DNA from: Chamaesiphon sp.
GTDB taxonomy: Bacteria > Cyanobacteriota > Cyanobacteriia > Cyanobacteriales > Chamaesiphonaceae
NCBI GenBank assembly: GCA_041738715.1
Contig: JBGSPI010000130.1
Location: forward strand, 1-24,000
DNA length: 24,000 nt
Direction of reading: 5' to 3'
Shown here: positions 17,371 through 24,000 of the stretch, one piece after another
How positions within the stretch are numbered: the stretch's first letter is position 1
How the letters are laid out: each line of letters starts with the position of its first letter
Position numbers and translations under genes: made by a program
Notes under the pieces: model-generated
What the model saw: only the letters and a program-made list of their open reading frames with translations
Told to the model about the DNA's origin: nothing
Databases searched by the model: none

Positions 17371-18791
17371 ATATCCCTCTTTTGTCACTTTAGTCAGAGC
17401 AAAATGGATGAACACTGAATAAACTCAAAGAATCAAAGGCATGAGCACAGAGATCGACAAAGGCAATCAACGTATTAAAACTCTGCTCCAAAAGTGGATT
17501 GCCAAAAATAGTCAGCCAGGGTTTAATTAAATTGAAGGCTAACAGCGGTAGCAATAATAGCTGAAGATTATTAAGGGCTGATTTCCAGCTTCGATGTTCA
17601 TCCCAATGAGGATGTTTTGCTAAATAACTCTTGAGTTCTGCTTCGACAATCTTTGGCTCAATCGATTCAGAGGCGATCGCGGGGAGAGACTGCAAACTAA
17701 CTAATAGAAATGCACAAGATATTATTTCCCACCACCGCGCAATATCTAAATAATTAGTTAGTCTAAAATCTGACCATCCTAGCTCGGATTTACACTGTCT
17801 AAATCCATACTCTACCCAAGTTCTCTCTCCGTAGATATTCCCAACGTCCGAACATTCAATGTTGGCAATGTTCGTCATAACATAGGATGTACTATTCGGC
17901 GGTAACGTTTTAGTATCTGTAGTTAAATCCCAATAAGTATAGTGTCCTCGTTGACCAAATATTACTTCACGAACATATCTAGTTTCTGGTGGATGAGCCG
18001 CAAACGTTCGGGTGAATTTACGCCATTTTGTCTGTCTAACCTTTGCCGTATCTGGCATCCACACTCCATGATTGCTTCTAATCGATACCATAAATTGTAA
18101 ATTTAATTTCTCCAATACTCTTAGTACAGCAGTTGGACTTTCTCCATATAAGCTGTCTGCTAGGACATAGCGAATATTAAATCCGAGTTCTACCAACTCC
18201 GTTACTAGTTTAGCTGCTATTTGCGGCTTACTCTGATAAATATCATCTAATTTCAGTGTGGATTTAGGTTTGTAGATCTCAAATATTAATGGAAATGTAA
18301 TTCCGTCTTTGACTCCATAAATATTCACGCTGACAATTCCATTATCAACTTTGCCCAGTCTACCTAAATATTGCCTAGCTACATAATCAGTATGAGTTCC
18401 TTTCTTGCGGTCGCCTGTTTCATCAATAATGATATCTATAGCTGCTTGTTTTAACCATTCTTTAGTTAGCTTGAGTCTATTTGCTCGTAACTGTTGATAT
18501 GACCAAGGTGACTCTGTGATAAAATTATGCAATGATTGGCTGTTTTTTAGTCCAACAATTTCTCCAATTGTTGTTAAACTCTTTCTCTGTGATGGTGTGA
18601 TAATTCCTAAGAGCATTCGCTTAAATGCTTCATAGCTTCTAACTTCTGGAAATATCTTTTGATACTGGCTGCAATATTGGTCGATTACACTAATTGTGGG
18701 TACTGCTGCTCTTGGCTGTGTCACATGCCCTGCTTGCTCTCTAGCCTTTTTATTCCATTTTAGCTCACCCAGAGTGACAGAAGAGGGATAT
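17371..18791 (-). mobile_element. IS701-family insertion sequence (1421 bp) with imperfect terminal inverted repeats
   Basis: The left terminus ATATCCCTCTTTTGTCACT (17371-17389) matches the reverse complement of 18773-18791 (ATATCCCTCTTCTGTCACT) at 18 of 19 positions. Similarity resumes further inward (..GAGC(T)AAAATGGA on both ends), so the repeats span ~40 bp. A single transposase ORF fills the element. Confidence 0.8.
17390..18724 (-). CDS. IS701-family DDE transposase
   Basis: The 444-aa product has an N-terminal block typical of the IS701 / SRSO17-type (COG5659) transposases, as I recall them (YEAFKRMLLGIITPSQRKSLTTIGE...SQSLHNFITESPWS). It also has IIIDETGDRKKGTHTDYVARQYLGRLGKVDNGIVSV (first catalytic Asp region) and a later LADSLYGES (second Asp). 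Its stop codon lies inside the left inverted repeat. Confidence 0.85.
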   Translation of the reverse strand: MTQPRAAVPTISVIDQYCSQYQKIFPEVRSYEAFKRMLLGIITPSQRKSLTTIGEIVGLKNSQSLHNFITESPWSYQQLRANRLKLTKEWLKQAAIDIIIDETGDRKKGTHTDYVARQYLGRLGKVDNGIVSVNIYGVKDGITFPLIFEIYKPKSTLKLDDIYQSKPQIAAKLVTELVELGFNIRYVLADSLYGESPTAVLRVLEKLNLQFMVSIRSNHGVWMPDTAKVRQTKWRKFTRTFAAHPPETRYVREVIFGQRGHYTYWDLTTDTKTLPPNSTSYVMTNIANIECSDVGNIYGERTWVEYGFRQCKSELGWSDFRLTNYLDIARWWEIISCAFLLVSLQSLPAIASESIEPKIVEAELKSYLAKHPHWDEHRSWKSALNNLQLLLLPLLAFNLIKPWLTIFGNPLLEQSFNTLIAFVDLCAHAFDSLSLFSVHPFCSD

Positions 18792-18858
18792 TGTAGACGC
18801 GTCGCACCTAATTTATCTGGCTGCTGTTGTTGTCATCTGGCTTAATTGATGACACCCC

Positions 18859-21072
18859 CTAGAGTTTCAATTTGGCGCGAACTAGTTTGATTTCTTCATA
18901 GTTATAACCATCGCCTAAATGCTCTTTAATCGGTGTGAGTCTGTCGGCTCCAATCGCATGAATGGCTTGCTCGATCGAGTGTTGTCGATCGAGTGATACG
19001 ATCCGATCGAGATTTAGGTCATAGCCGCATTCGAGTAATTTAACTAAATGATCGGTAATCGTATTTTCGCGCATTCGCCGCTCGATCGCGATTTCTTCTA
19101 TGGATAAACCCCTTTGATAAAAATCTAGGGTTTGTAAATGGGTGTGGGAGACATCGCTTTTACTTGAGGGTTGAATAGCTAGTGGGGGAGTAGGATCTGA
19201 TTCGGTTTGCACAGGCAAGCCAGATTCGCCCCTAAATGCTCTGATTTCGGCTGTGAACATTTCCCCGTATTGAGCGAGCTTTCGCGCCCCTACGCCGGAA
19301 ATTTGGGCAAATTGGGCGAGGGTTTGGGGTTGTTGCTTGGCCATCAGGCGGAGGCTAGAATCGGCAAAGATGACGTAGGGAGGAACTTTATTCGCATCAG
19401 CGTACTGTTTGCGGAGTTTTTGGAGACGGTTGTATAAAGCTTGAATTTCCGCAGTGTCGGTACTAATATCGCTAGTTTCGGCTTTGGGTTTGGTTGGGGT
19501 GATGGCAATTTCCACTTTGCGCTCACCTTTGAGGATTTCCCAACTCAAGGGATTAAGTGTCAAGACAGAGTAACCATCGCTAGTTTCATCGACTAAGCCT
19601 TGATGGAGGAGGGATCTGCCTAACATCCGCCATTCATCTAACGTCCGATCTTTCCCAATTCCATAAGTAGAAAGGGTATCATGTCCATTCTTCAATACGC
19701 GATCGCTTTTAGAACCGCGCAAGACATCGATGGTATAACTCAAGCCAAAATTTCGCCCCCGTTGGCTAAATCGCGCCACACAGGATAATAATTTTTGAGC
19801 TTCGATCGTCCAATCCGCGATCGGTCTAGGATATTTACAGTTATCGCAATTACCACAATTACCCGGAAAACTTTCGCCAAAGTAGCCGAGTTGAATAATC
19901 CGCCGACATTCACTTGCTTCAGCATAGTTAATTACCCTGCGCAATTGTTGGGTGGCAATTCGCTGTTCTTCTTCTAGGGCTACCCCAGTTTCGCGATCGA
20001 TCTTTTGGGCGATTAAATACTCGATGGTCTTAATATCGCCCATGCCAAAATAGAGGGTACAATGAGCGGGTTCGCCATCTCTACCCGCCCGCCCTGATTC
20101 TTGGTAATAACCTTCAATATTACGCGGCAAATCGTAGTGAATCACCACCCGCACATCTGGTTTATTAATCCCCATCCCAAAGGCGACCGTGGCGATCATC
20201 CACTGCACATCATCGCGAATAAAACTATTTTGATTATTCGTTCTAGTCTCACCATCTAATCCCGCATGATAGGGTAAGACTTTGATGCCATCTTGGAGCA
20301 GTTTTGCCGTTAATTCATCGACTTTTTTTCGACTCAAACAATAGATAATTCCCGAACCTTCTGTTTGTTTGACTTGGGCGAGTAATTCACGATAGGGAGT
20401 AGTTGTTTTGCGCCGAACTTCATAATATAAATTCGGTCGATTGAAGCTGGCAACATGAATATCTGGATCGCGTAAATCTAGCTGCTTGATGATATCCTGA
20501 CGCACCCTATCGGTTGCTGTTGCTGTCAATCCCAAAAATGGAACCTTGGGAAAATATTCGCGTAATTGGGAAAGTTTCCGATAATCCGGTCGAAAATCAT
20601 GCCCCCATTCCGATACACAATGCGCTTCATCGATCGCAAAACTAGCAATCCCAACTTCCTGATGTAAATCGATTAAGAAATTACTAATAAATTCCTGATT
20701 TAATCGTTCTGGTGCGACATATAAAAGTTTCACCTCACCATTATAAATTGCCTTGGCTCGATCGCGTCTTTCTTCCGTACTGATACTACTATTTAAAAAC
20801 GTCGCCGGAATCCCATTATTCGCCAATAATTGCACCTGATCCTGCATCAGCGCAATTAATGGCGAAACGACGATGGTTATGCCCTGTTTTAATAATGCTG
20901 GTAACTGAAAACAGAGTGACTTCCCACCCCCTGTTGGCATCACAACTAATAGATCGCGATTTGCTAAAGCTGTGGTGACAATTTCACGCTGTCCCGATCG
21001 AAACTCATCATACCCAAAATAATGCTTTAATGCCTGTTCTAAAGTATCAAATTGAGTCGAACCAGCAAGCAT
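18859..21072 (-). CDS. recQ: ATP-dependent DNA helicase RecQ with HRDC domain and an extra C-terminal HTH-like domain
   Basis: FGYDEFRSGQ, PTGGGKSLCFQLPA, DEAHCVSEWGHDFRPDY, the Zn-binding C..C..C..C cluster (CRR...CGNCDNC), an HRDC domain (...VPPYVIFADSSLRLMAKQQPQT...ISGVG) and ~100 additional C-terminal residues. Confidence 0.9.
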   Translation of the reverse strand: MLAGSTQFDTLEQALKHYFGYDEFRSGQREIVTTALANRDLLVVMPTGGGKSLCFQLPALLKQGITIVVSPLIALMQDQVQLLANNGIPATFLNSSISTEERRDRAKAIYNGEVKLLYVAPERLNQEFISNFLIDLHQEVGIASFAIDEAHCVSEWGHDFRPDYRKLSQLREYFPKVPFLGLTATATDRVRQDIIKQLDLRDPDIHVASFNRPNLYYEVRRKTTTPYRELLAQVKQTEGSGIIYCLSRKKVDELTAKLLQDGIKVLPYHAGLDGETRTNNQNSFIRDDVQWMIATVAFGMGINKPDVRVVIHYDLPRNIEGYYQESGRAGRDGEPAHCTLYFGMGDIKTIEYLIAQKIDRETGVALEEEQRIATQQLRRVINYAEASECRRIIQLGYFGESFPGNCGNCDNCKYPRPIADWTIEAQKLLSCVARFSQRGRNFGLSYTIDVLRGSKSDRVLKNGHDTLSTYGIGKDRTLDEWRMLGRSLLHQGLVDETSDGYSVLTLNPLSWEILKGERKVEIAITPTKPKAETSDISTDTAEIQALYNRLQKLRKQYADANKVPPYVIFADSSLRLMAKQQPQTLAQFAQISGVGARKLAQYGEMFTAEIRAFRGESGLPVQTESDPTPPLAIQPSSKSDVSHTHLQTLDFYQRGLSIEEIAIERRMRENTITDHLVKLLECGYDLNLDRIVSLDRQHSIEQAIHAIGADRLTPIKEHLGDGYNYEEIKLVRAKLKL

Positions 21073-21178
21073 GATCTTTAAATTCGCAATCAGAATTTTA
21101 CAAACATCAGTACTAATATTAGCGTAGATTGCCGATACCAGTCTAGCGACTCACTCTCTAAAGCCTAGTCCCTATTCC

Positions 21179-21409
21179 CTAGTGTGAATGATACAGGAAA
21201 TCATCCGCCTCGATTCCTGTTTGTTTAAGGATTTGGCGGAGAGTGCCTTCGGGCATATCACCATTATGATTGGGGACAGTGGTATATTTACCACTGTGGT
21301 CATTAAACCAGATTTCATGACTACCAGAAGCCTGACGATCGAGTGCAAATCCGTAGAATCGCAACACCTTGGCTACTTCACGGTATCGGAAACCTGATAA
21401 CCTACCCAT
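21179..21409 (-). CDS. hicA: HicA-family mRNA interferase toxin
   Basis: The 76-aa product has ...VAKVLRFYGFALDRQASGSHEIW...TTVPNHNGDMPEGTLRQILKQTGI, the typical HicA (YcfA) dsRBD-like signature including the catalytic His context GSH. Confidence 0.8.
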   Translation of the reverse strand: MGRLSGFRYREVAKVLRFYGFALDRQASGSHEIWFNDHSGKYTTVPNHNGDMPEGTLRQILKQTGIEADDFLYHSH

Positions 21410-21414
21410 GCTAC

Positions 21415-21696
21415 CTATCGACTGACTACAAGTGGACAGTCAAATTCATCTGCCAGCATCGGAAAACACTCAACGATTTGATTCCGTTCTGCCATTGCTG
21501 CTAAAAGTTGCTTGGCAACATCTTGAGCTATTTCGAGAGTTTCAGTAAGACTTGGAGCTTGAGCGATCAATCCGGGCAAAGCATCTGAAGTAGCTAAGTA
21601 GTACCCTTCAGGTAGTTTCTCGATATGTACGTTGATTAGTCTTTCCACTGAATTACTATCGTGCAATTTTAAAAGTTTGGTAAAAGCTGTGAGCAA
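21415..21696 (-). CDS. hicB: HicB-like (UPF0150 / DUF1902-type) antitoxin with no obvious DNA-binding domain. The start codon is uncertain.
   Basis: The product has VHIEKLPEGYYLATSDALPGLIAQAPSLTETLEIAQDVAKQLL, which fits the HicB RNase-H-like fold signature. It ends 5 bp upstream of hicA. An internal GTG (..SVERLINVHIE) may be the true start. Confidence 0.6.
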   Translation of the reverse strand: MLTAFTKLLKLHDSNSVERLINVHIEKLPEGYYLATSDALPGLIAQAPSLTETLEIAQDVAKQLLAAMAERNQIVECFPMLADEFDCPLVVSR

Positions 21697-21814
21697 AATC
21701 GAGCGAAGCTAAGTATTGCGAACTATCAATCTAGTAATAATTTAATTATGACATATCTAGCTAGATGGTAGTTGTTTCTGGATGTTGCGTTTAATTAAAT
21801 TTCAGTATCTTGGC

Positions 21815-22270
21815 TTACAGATCTCTGTACTGAGTATCGGATGTTAATGGTTCTTCTGGTTTACGTGAAGTTAAATTTGTCAATGTCGATAATTCCTGGA
21901 GAAGTAGATCTTGTTCTTGATTGAGCAGATACAACCGATCGACTATTCGATCGATTCGTTCAGCGGTAGGGCTGTGAGTGGGTTTGGTGTTGACAGGATT
22001 AGTATACCCAAATATTCGTCGCATCGCGACCCAAATCAGCCTAAAAATCGGCTGGAGCAGTTTAAATGGTGTTTTGAGTAGAAATAACCAAATCTGCTCG
22101 ATTCCCCGCCCGATCGCCTTAATTAGCCCCCACAGAGTGAAGATCCCTAACAGCAATAAGCATAAACTAGGAATTGGATGAGCGATCGACCAAGCGAGAT
22201 AGGGGTGTTGTGCTAACCACTGACTAAAGTAGCTAGAAATTGCTCGTTCGATCGATTCCGAAATGTCCAT
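21815..22270 (-). CDS. Hypothetical membrane protein (151 aa)
   Basis: The ORF has one or two hydrophobic helices (PIPSLCLLLLGIFTLWGLI). I recognise no family. The start codon is directly preceded by a C-rich repeat and no Shine-Dalgarno sequence. Confidence 0.45.
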   Translation of the reverse strand: MDISESIERAISSYFSQWLAQHPYLAWSIAHPIPSLCLLLLGIFTLWGLIKAIGRGIEQIWLFLLKTPFKLLQPIFRLIWVAMRRIFGYTNPVNTKPTHSPTAERIDRIVDRLYLLNQEQDLLLQELSTLTNLTSRKPEEPLTSDTQYRDL

Positions 22271-22272
22271 CT

Positions 22273-22313
22273 GGGGACGGGGGGACTAGGGGACGGGGGA
22301 CTGGGGGACGGGG
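22273..22313 (+). repeat. Degenerate heptamer-type tandem repeat (GGGGACN on +, GTCCCCN on -), STRR1-like, with six G-runs of at least 4
   Basis: G-runs at 22273-76, 22279-84, 22289-92, 22295-99, 22303-07 and 22310-13, separated by AC / ACTA / AC / ACT / AC. The minus strand contains CCCCAGT-type units. Confidence 0.75.
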
Positions 22314-22376
22314 CTTCTTTTAACTTCTATTCACTATTCACTATCCCTAATGCTCAATTACCAATTTTCCATTCCC

Positions 22377-23675
22377 CTAAACATTAGGATTAGCACCAAT
22401 ACTCTCACTATCGAGATTAAAGAGTACCTGGAGAGTTTGCATGGCTTTTCTGCGGGCTTCGATATCCTGTTGGGCGCGGAGTTGTACCATCGGATCGTGG
22501 AGAATTTTATTGACAATTCCTTTAGTTAAAGCTTCGATCACATCTTGATGACGTTCGGCAAATTCGGAGCCTAATCGAGATAGAGCTTTTTCTAATTCTT
22601 GAGCGCGAATTGTTTCCATTTTATCGCGCAAACAACTGATTGTGGGGACGGTTTCTAGCGATCGCCACCAACTATTAAAGTTATCGACTTCTTCGGCGAG
22701 GATACCTTCGGCTTCTAGAGCCATTTTCCTGCGGCTCTCTTGGTTTTGGGCAACGACGGCTTTGAGATCGTCCACATTGAAGGCATGAATATTTGTCAAT
22801 GTATTCACATCACTATCCACATTTCGGGGGACAGAGATATCAAAAATCATTAATGAGTGATGGGGGTCTAATACTGCTGCTAATTTAGCGGCATTTAATA
22901 AAGGTTCGGTGGCGGACGTACTGGTAAAAACGATCGTCGAAGTTGATATCGCATTCATCATCTCATCGATCGGGCGCAGTTGCAGATCGATCGCGTTAAA
23001 CATCTGCTTGAGATCTTCAGCGCGTTTTGCCGATCGATTTAAAATGGTGATATCGGTAGCACCTTTAGAAATCAAATGCTGTACCAACAGCCGCGACATT
23101 TTCCCTGCACCCAAGATGGCAATCCGGTGATTGGTGAAATTACAGACTTTCATGTAGGCTAGTTCTACCGCCGCTGAACTGATCGATACAGCCCCAGTAC
23201 CGATGCTAGTCTCTGTGCGGACTCGTTTCCCTGCCGTTAGAGCTTGTTTAAATAACCGATTGAGAATCGAACCCATCCCTTGATATTGCTGGCCGATTTT
23301 GTGCGTCTGTTTGACTTGGGCGAGGATTTGTCCTTCACCTAAAACTAAACTATCTAATCCTCCGGCTACCCGCATTAAGTGCATCACCGCATCTTCATGG
23401 AGGAGGATAAATAAATGATGCTTGAGATCGGTCAGGGAAATTTTACCAAATTCTGACAGAAATTGAATTGCATCTTGCACACCGCGATCGGCTGTCGGCG
23501 TGACAATATAAATTTCTAACCGATTGCAAGTACTCAGGATCGTCGCTTCCTGGATGTGGGGATGATTGCAAAGGTTTTGAATCGCTGCTTCCATCTGCGT
23601 ATCTGGAACGCTAAGTTTTTCCCGGATGTCTACAGGTGCGGTTTTATGACTCAAACCAATGACAGCAATATTCAT
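22377..23675 (-). CDS. hemA: Glutamyl-tRNA reductase
   Basis: [21 protein letters not shown], the catalytic Cys context STCNRLEIY, the NADPH-binding block [10 protein letters not shown] and a C-terminal dimerisation helix. Confidence 0.95.
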   Translation of the reverse strand: MNIAVIGLSHKTAPVDIREKLSVPDTQMEAAIQNLCNHPHIQEATILSTCNRLEIYIVTPTADRGVQDAIQFLSEFGKISLTDLKHHLFILLHEDAVMHLMRVAGGLDSLVLGEGQILAQVKQTHKIGQQYQGMGSILNRLFKQALTAGKRVRTETSIGTGAVSISSAAVELAYMKVCNFTNHRIAILGAGKMSRLLVQHLISKGATDITILNRSAKRAEDLKQMFNAIDLQLRPIDEMMNAISTSTIVFTSTSATEPLLNAAKLAAVLDPHHSLMIFDISVPRNVDSDVNTLTNIHAFNVDDLKAVVAQNQESRRKMALEAEGILAEEVDNFNSWWRSLETVPTISCLRDKMETIRAQELEKALSRLGSEFAERHQDVIEALTKGIVNKILHDPMVQLRAQQDIEARRKAMQTLQVLFNLDSESIGANPNV

Positions 23676-23931
23676 TTTTACTCCACGCTCAAAGGATAGT
23701 TATTTTAAAATTTTGTTATTTAAGTTACGGATATTTAACTATTAACAATGCACTATATGTGCTATCAATCTCATAGCAATCCGGCTTGTTATTATATATA
23801 ATCGCTGTCTATCTTGCGCTAATCCGATGGAGTTGTAAATATTTTGTTATGGTTCTTCACTCTAGGGGGGAAAGGGAAAAGGGGAAAGGAATGTAAGCAT
23901 CATCAGATTACAAACCCTTTAATCTTAAAAA

Positions 23932-23959
23932 CTAACCCCTAAAGCCTAACCCCTAAAGC
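23932..23959 (+). repeat. Perfect 14-nt tandem duplication, CTAACCCCTAAAGC x2
   Basis: Positions 23932-23945 and 23946-23959 are identical. The repeat lies in the AT-rich region upstream of hemA, near a G-run tract at ~23865-23890. Confidence 0.6.
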
Positions 23960-24000
23960 TTAATTCCTAGCGAAGACTAACAGTCTTAGGATTGCCGGTC

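Noticed and set aside
21109-21122. AGTACTAATATTAG upstream of recQ as a LexA box
   Set aside because: The first half (AGTACTAAT) matches the Anabaena-type box well, but the second half-site (ATTAG instead of GTWCB) is absent. I treat it as a lone half-site and not a credible operator without binding data.
21188-21397. A 69-aa plus-strand ORF opposite hicA, and a 67-aa ORF (21978..22181) opposite the membrane protein gene
   Set aside because: Both are shadow ORFs fully contained in better-supported genes on the other strand.
22273-22313. The G-rich repeat as a CRISPR array
   Set aside because: The units are ~7 nt with no spacers of distinct sequence. No cas genes or 25-40 nt repeat periodicity occur anywhere in the window.

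Overview
This looks like a cyanobacterial chromosomal segment: the HIP1 octamer GCGATCGC recurs (e.g. 179-186, 4333-4340, 8967-8974), CGATCG is very frequent, and gene content fits. The backbone is housekeeping genes: hisC, tRNA-Glu(UUC), rmlC, rsmH, murD, lexA, a parvulin-type PPIase, a CIRCE-controlled orphan groEL, recQ and hemA. Accessory elements are interspersed.

The most notable element is a stand-alone IscB gene (RuvC-bridge helix-HNH-RuvC nuclease, the IS200/IS605 OMEGA Cas9-ancestor class) at 4688-6016 (-). About 270 nt of hairpin-rich non-coding DNA lies directly upstream of it (6017-~6290) and is the expected position of its omega-RNA (HEARO RNA). The element sits between hisC and tRNA-Glu, and no TnpA is present.

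Other accessory content:
- a 1241-aa Apaf-1-like STAND ATPase (HTH-like N-terminus, NB-ARC, short pentapeptide stretch, 14 WD40 repeats) directly upstream of lexA
- an IS701-family insertion sequence with imperfect ~40-bp terminal inverted repeats
- a hicB/hicA toxin-antitoxin pair
- two tandem orphan response regulators
- a truncated permease remnant
- several non-coding repeats and hairpins, including an STRR1-like G-run repeat that abuts a start codon and a perfect 15-bp inverted repeat in a long divergent intergenic region

All functional calls come from reading motifs in the supplied translations and the DNA by eye. No database search was run.
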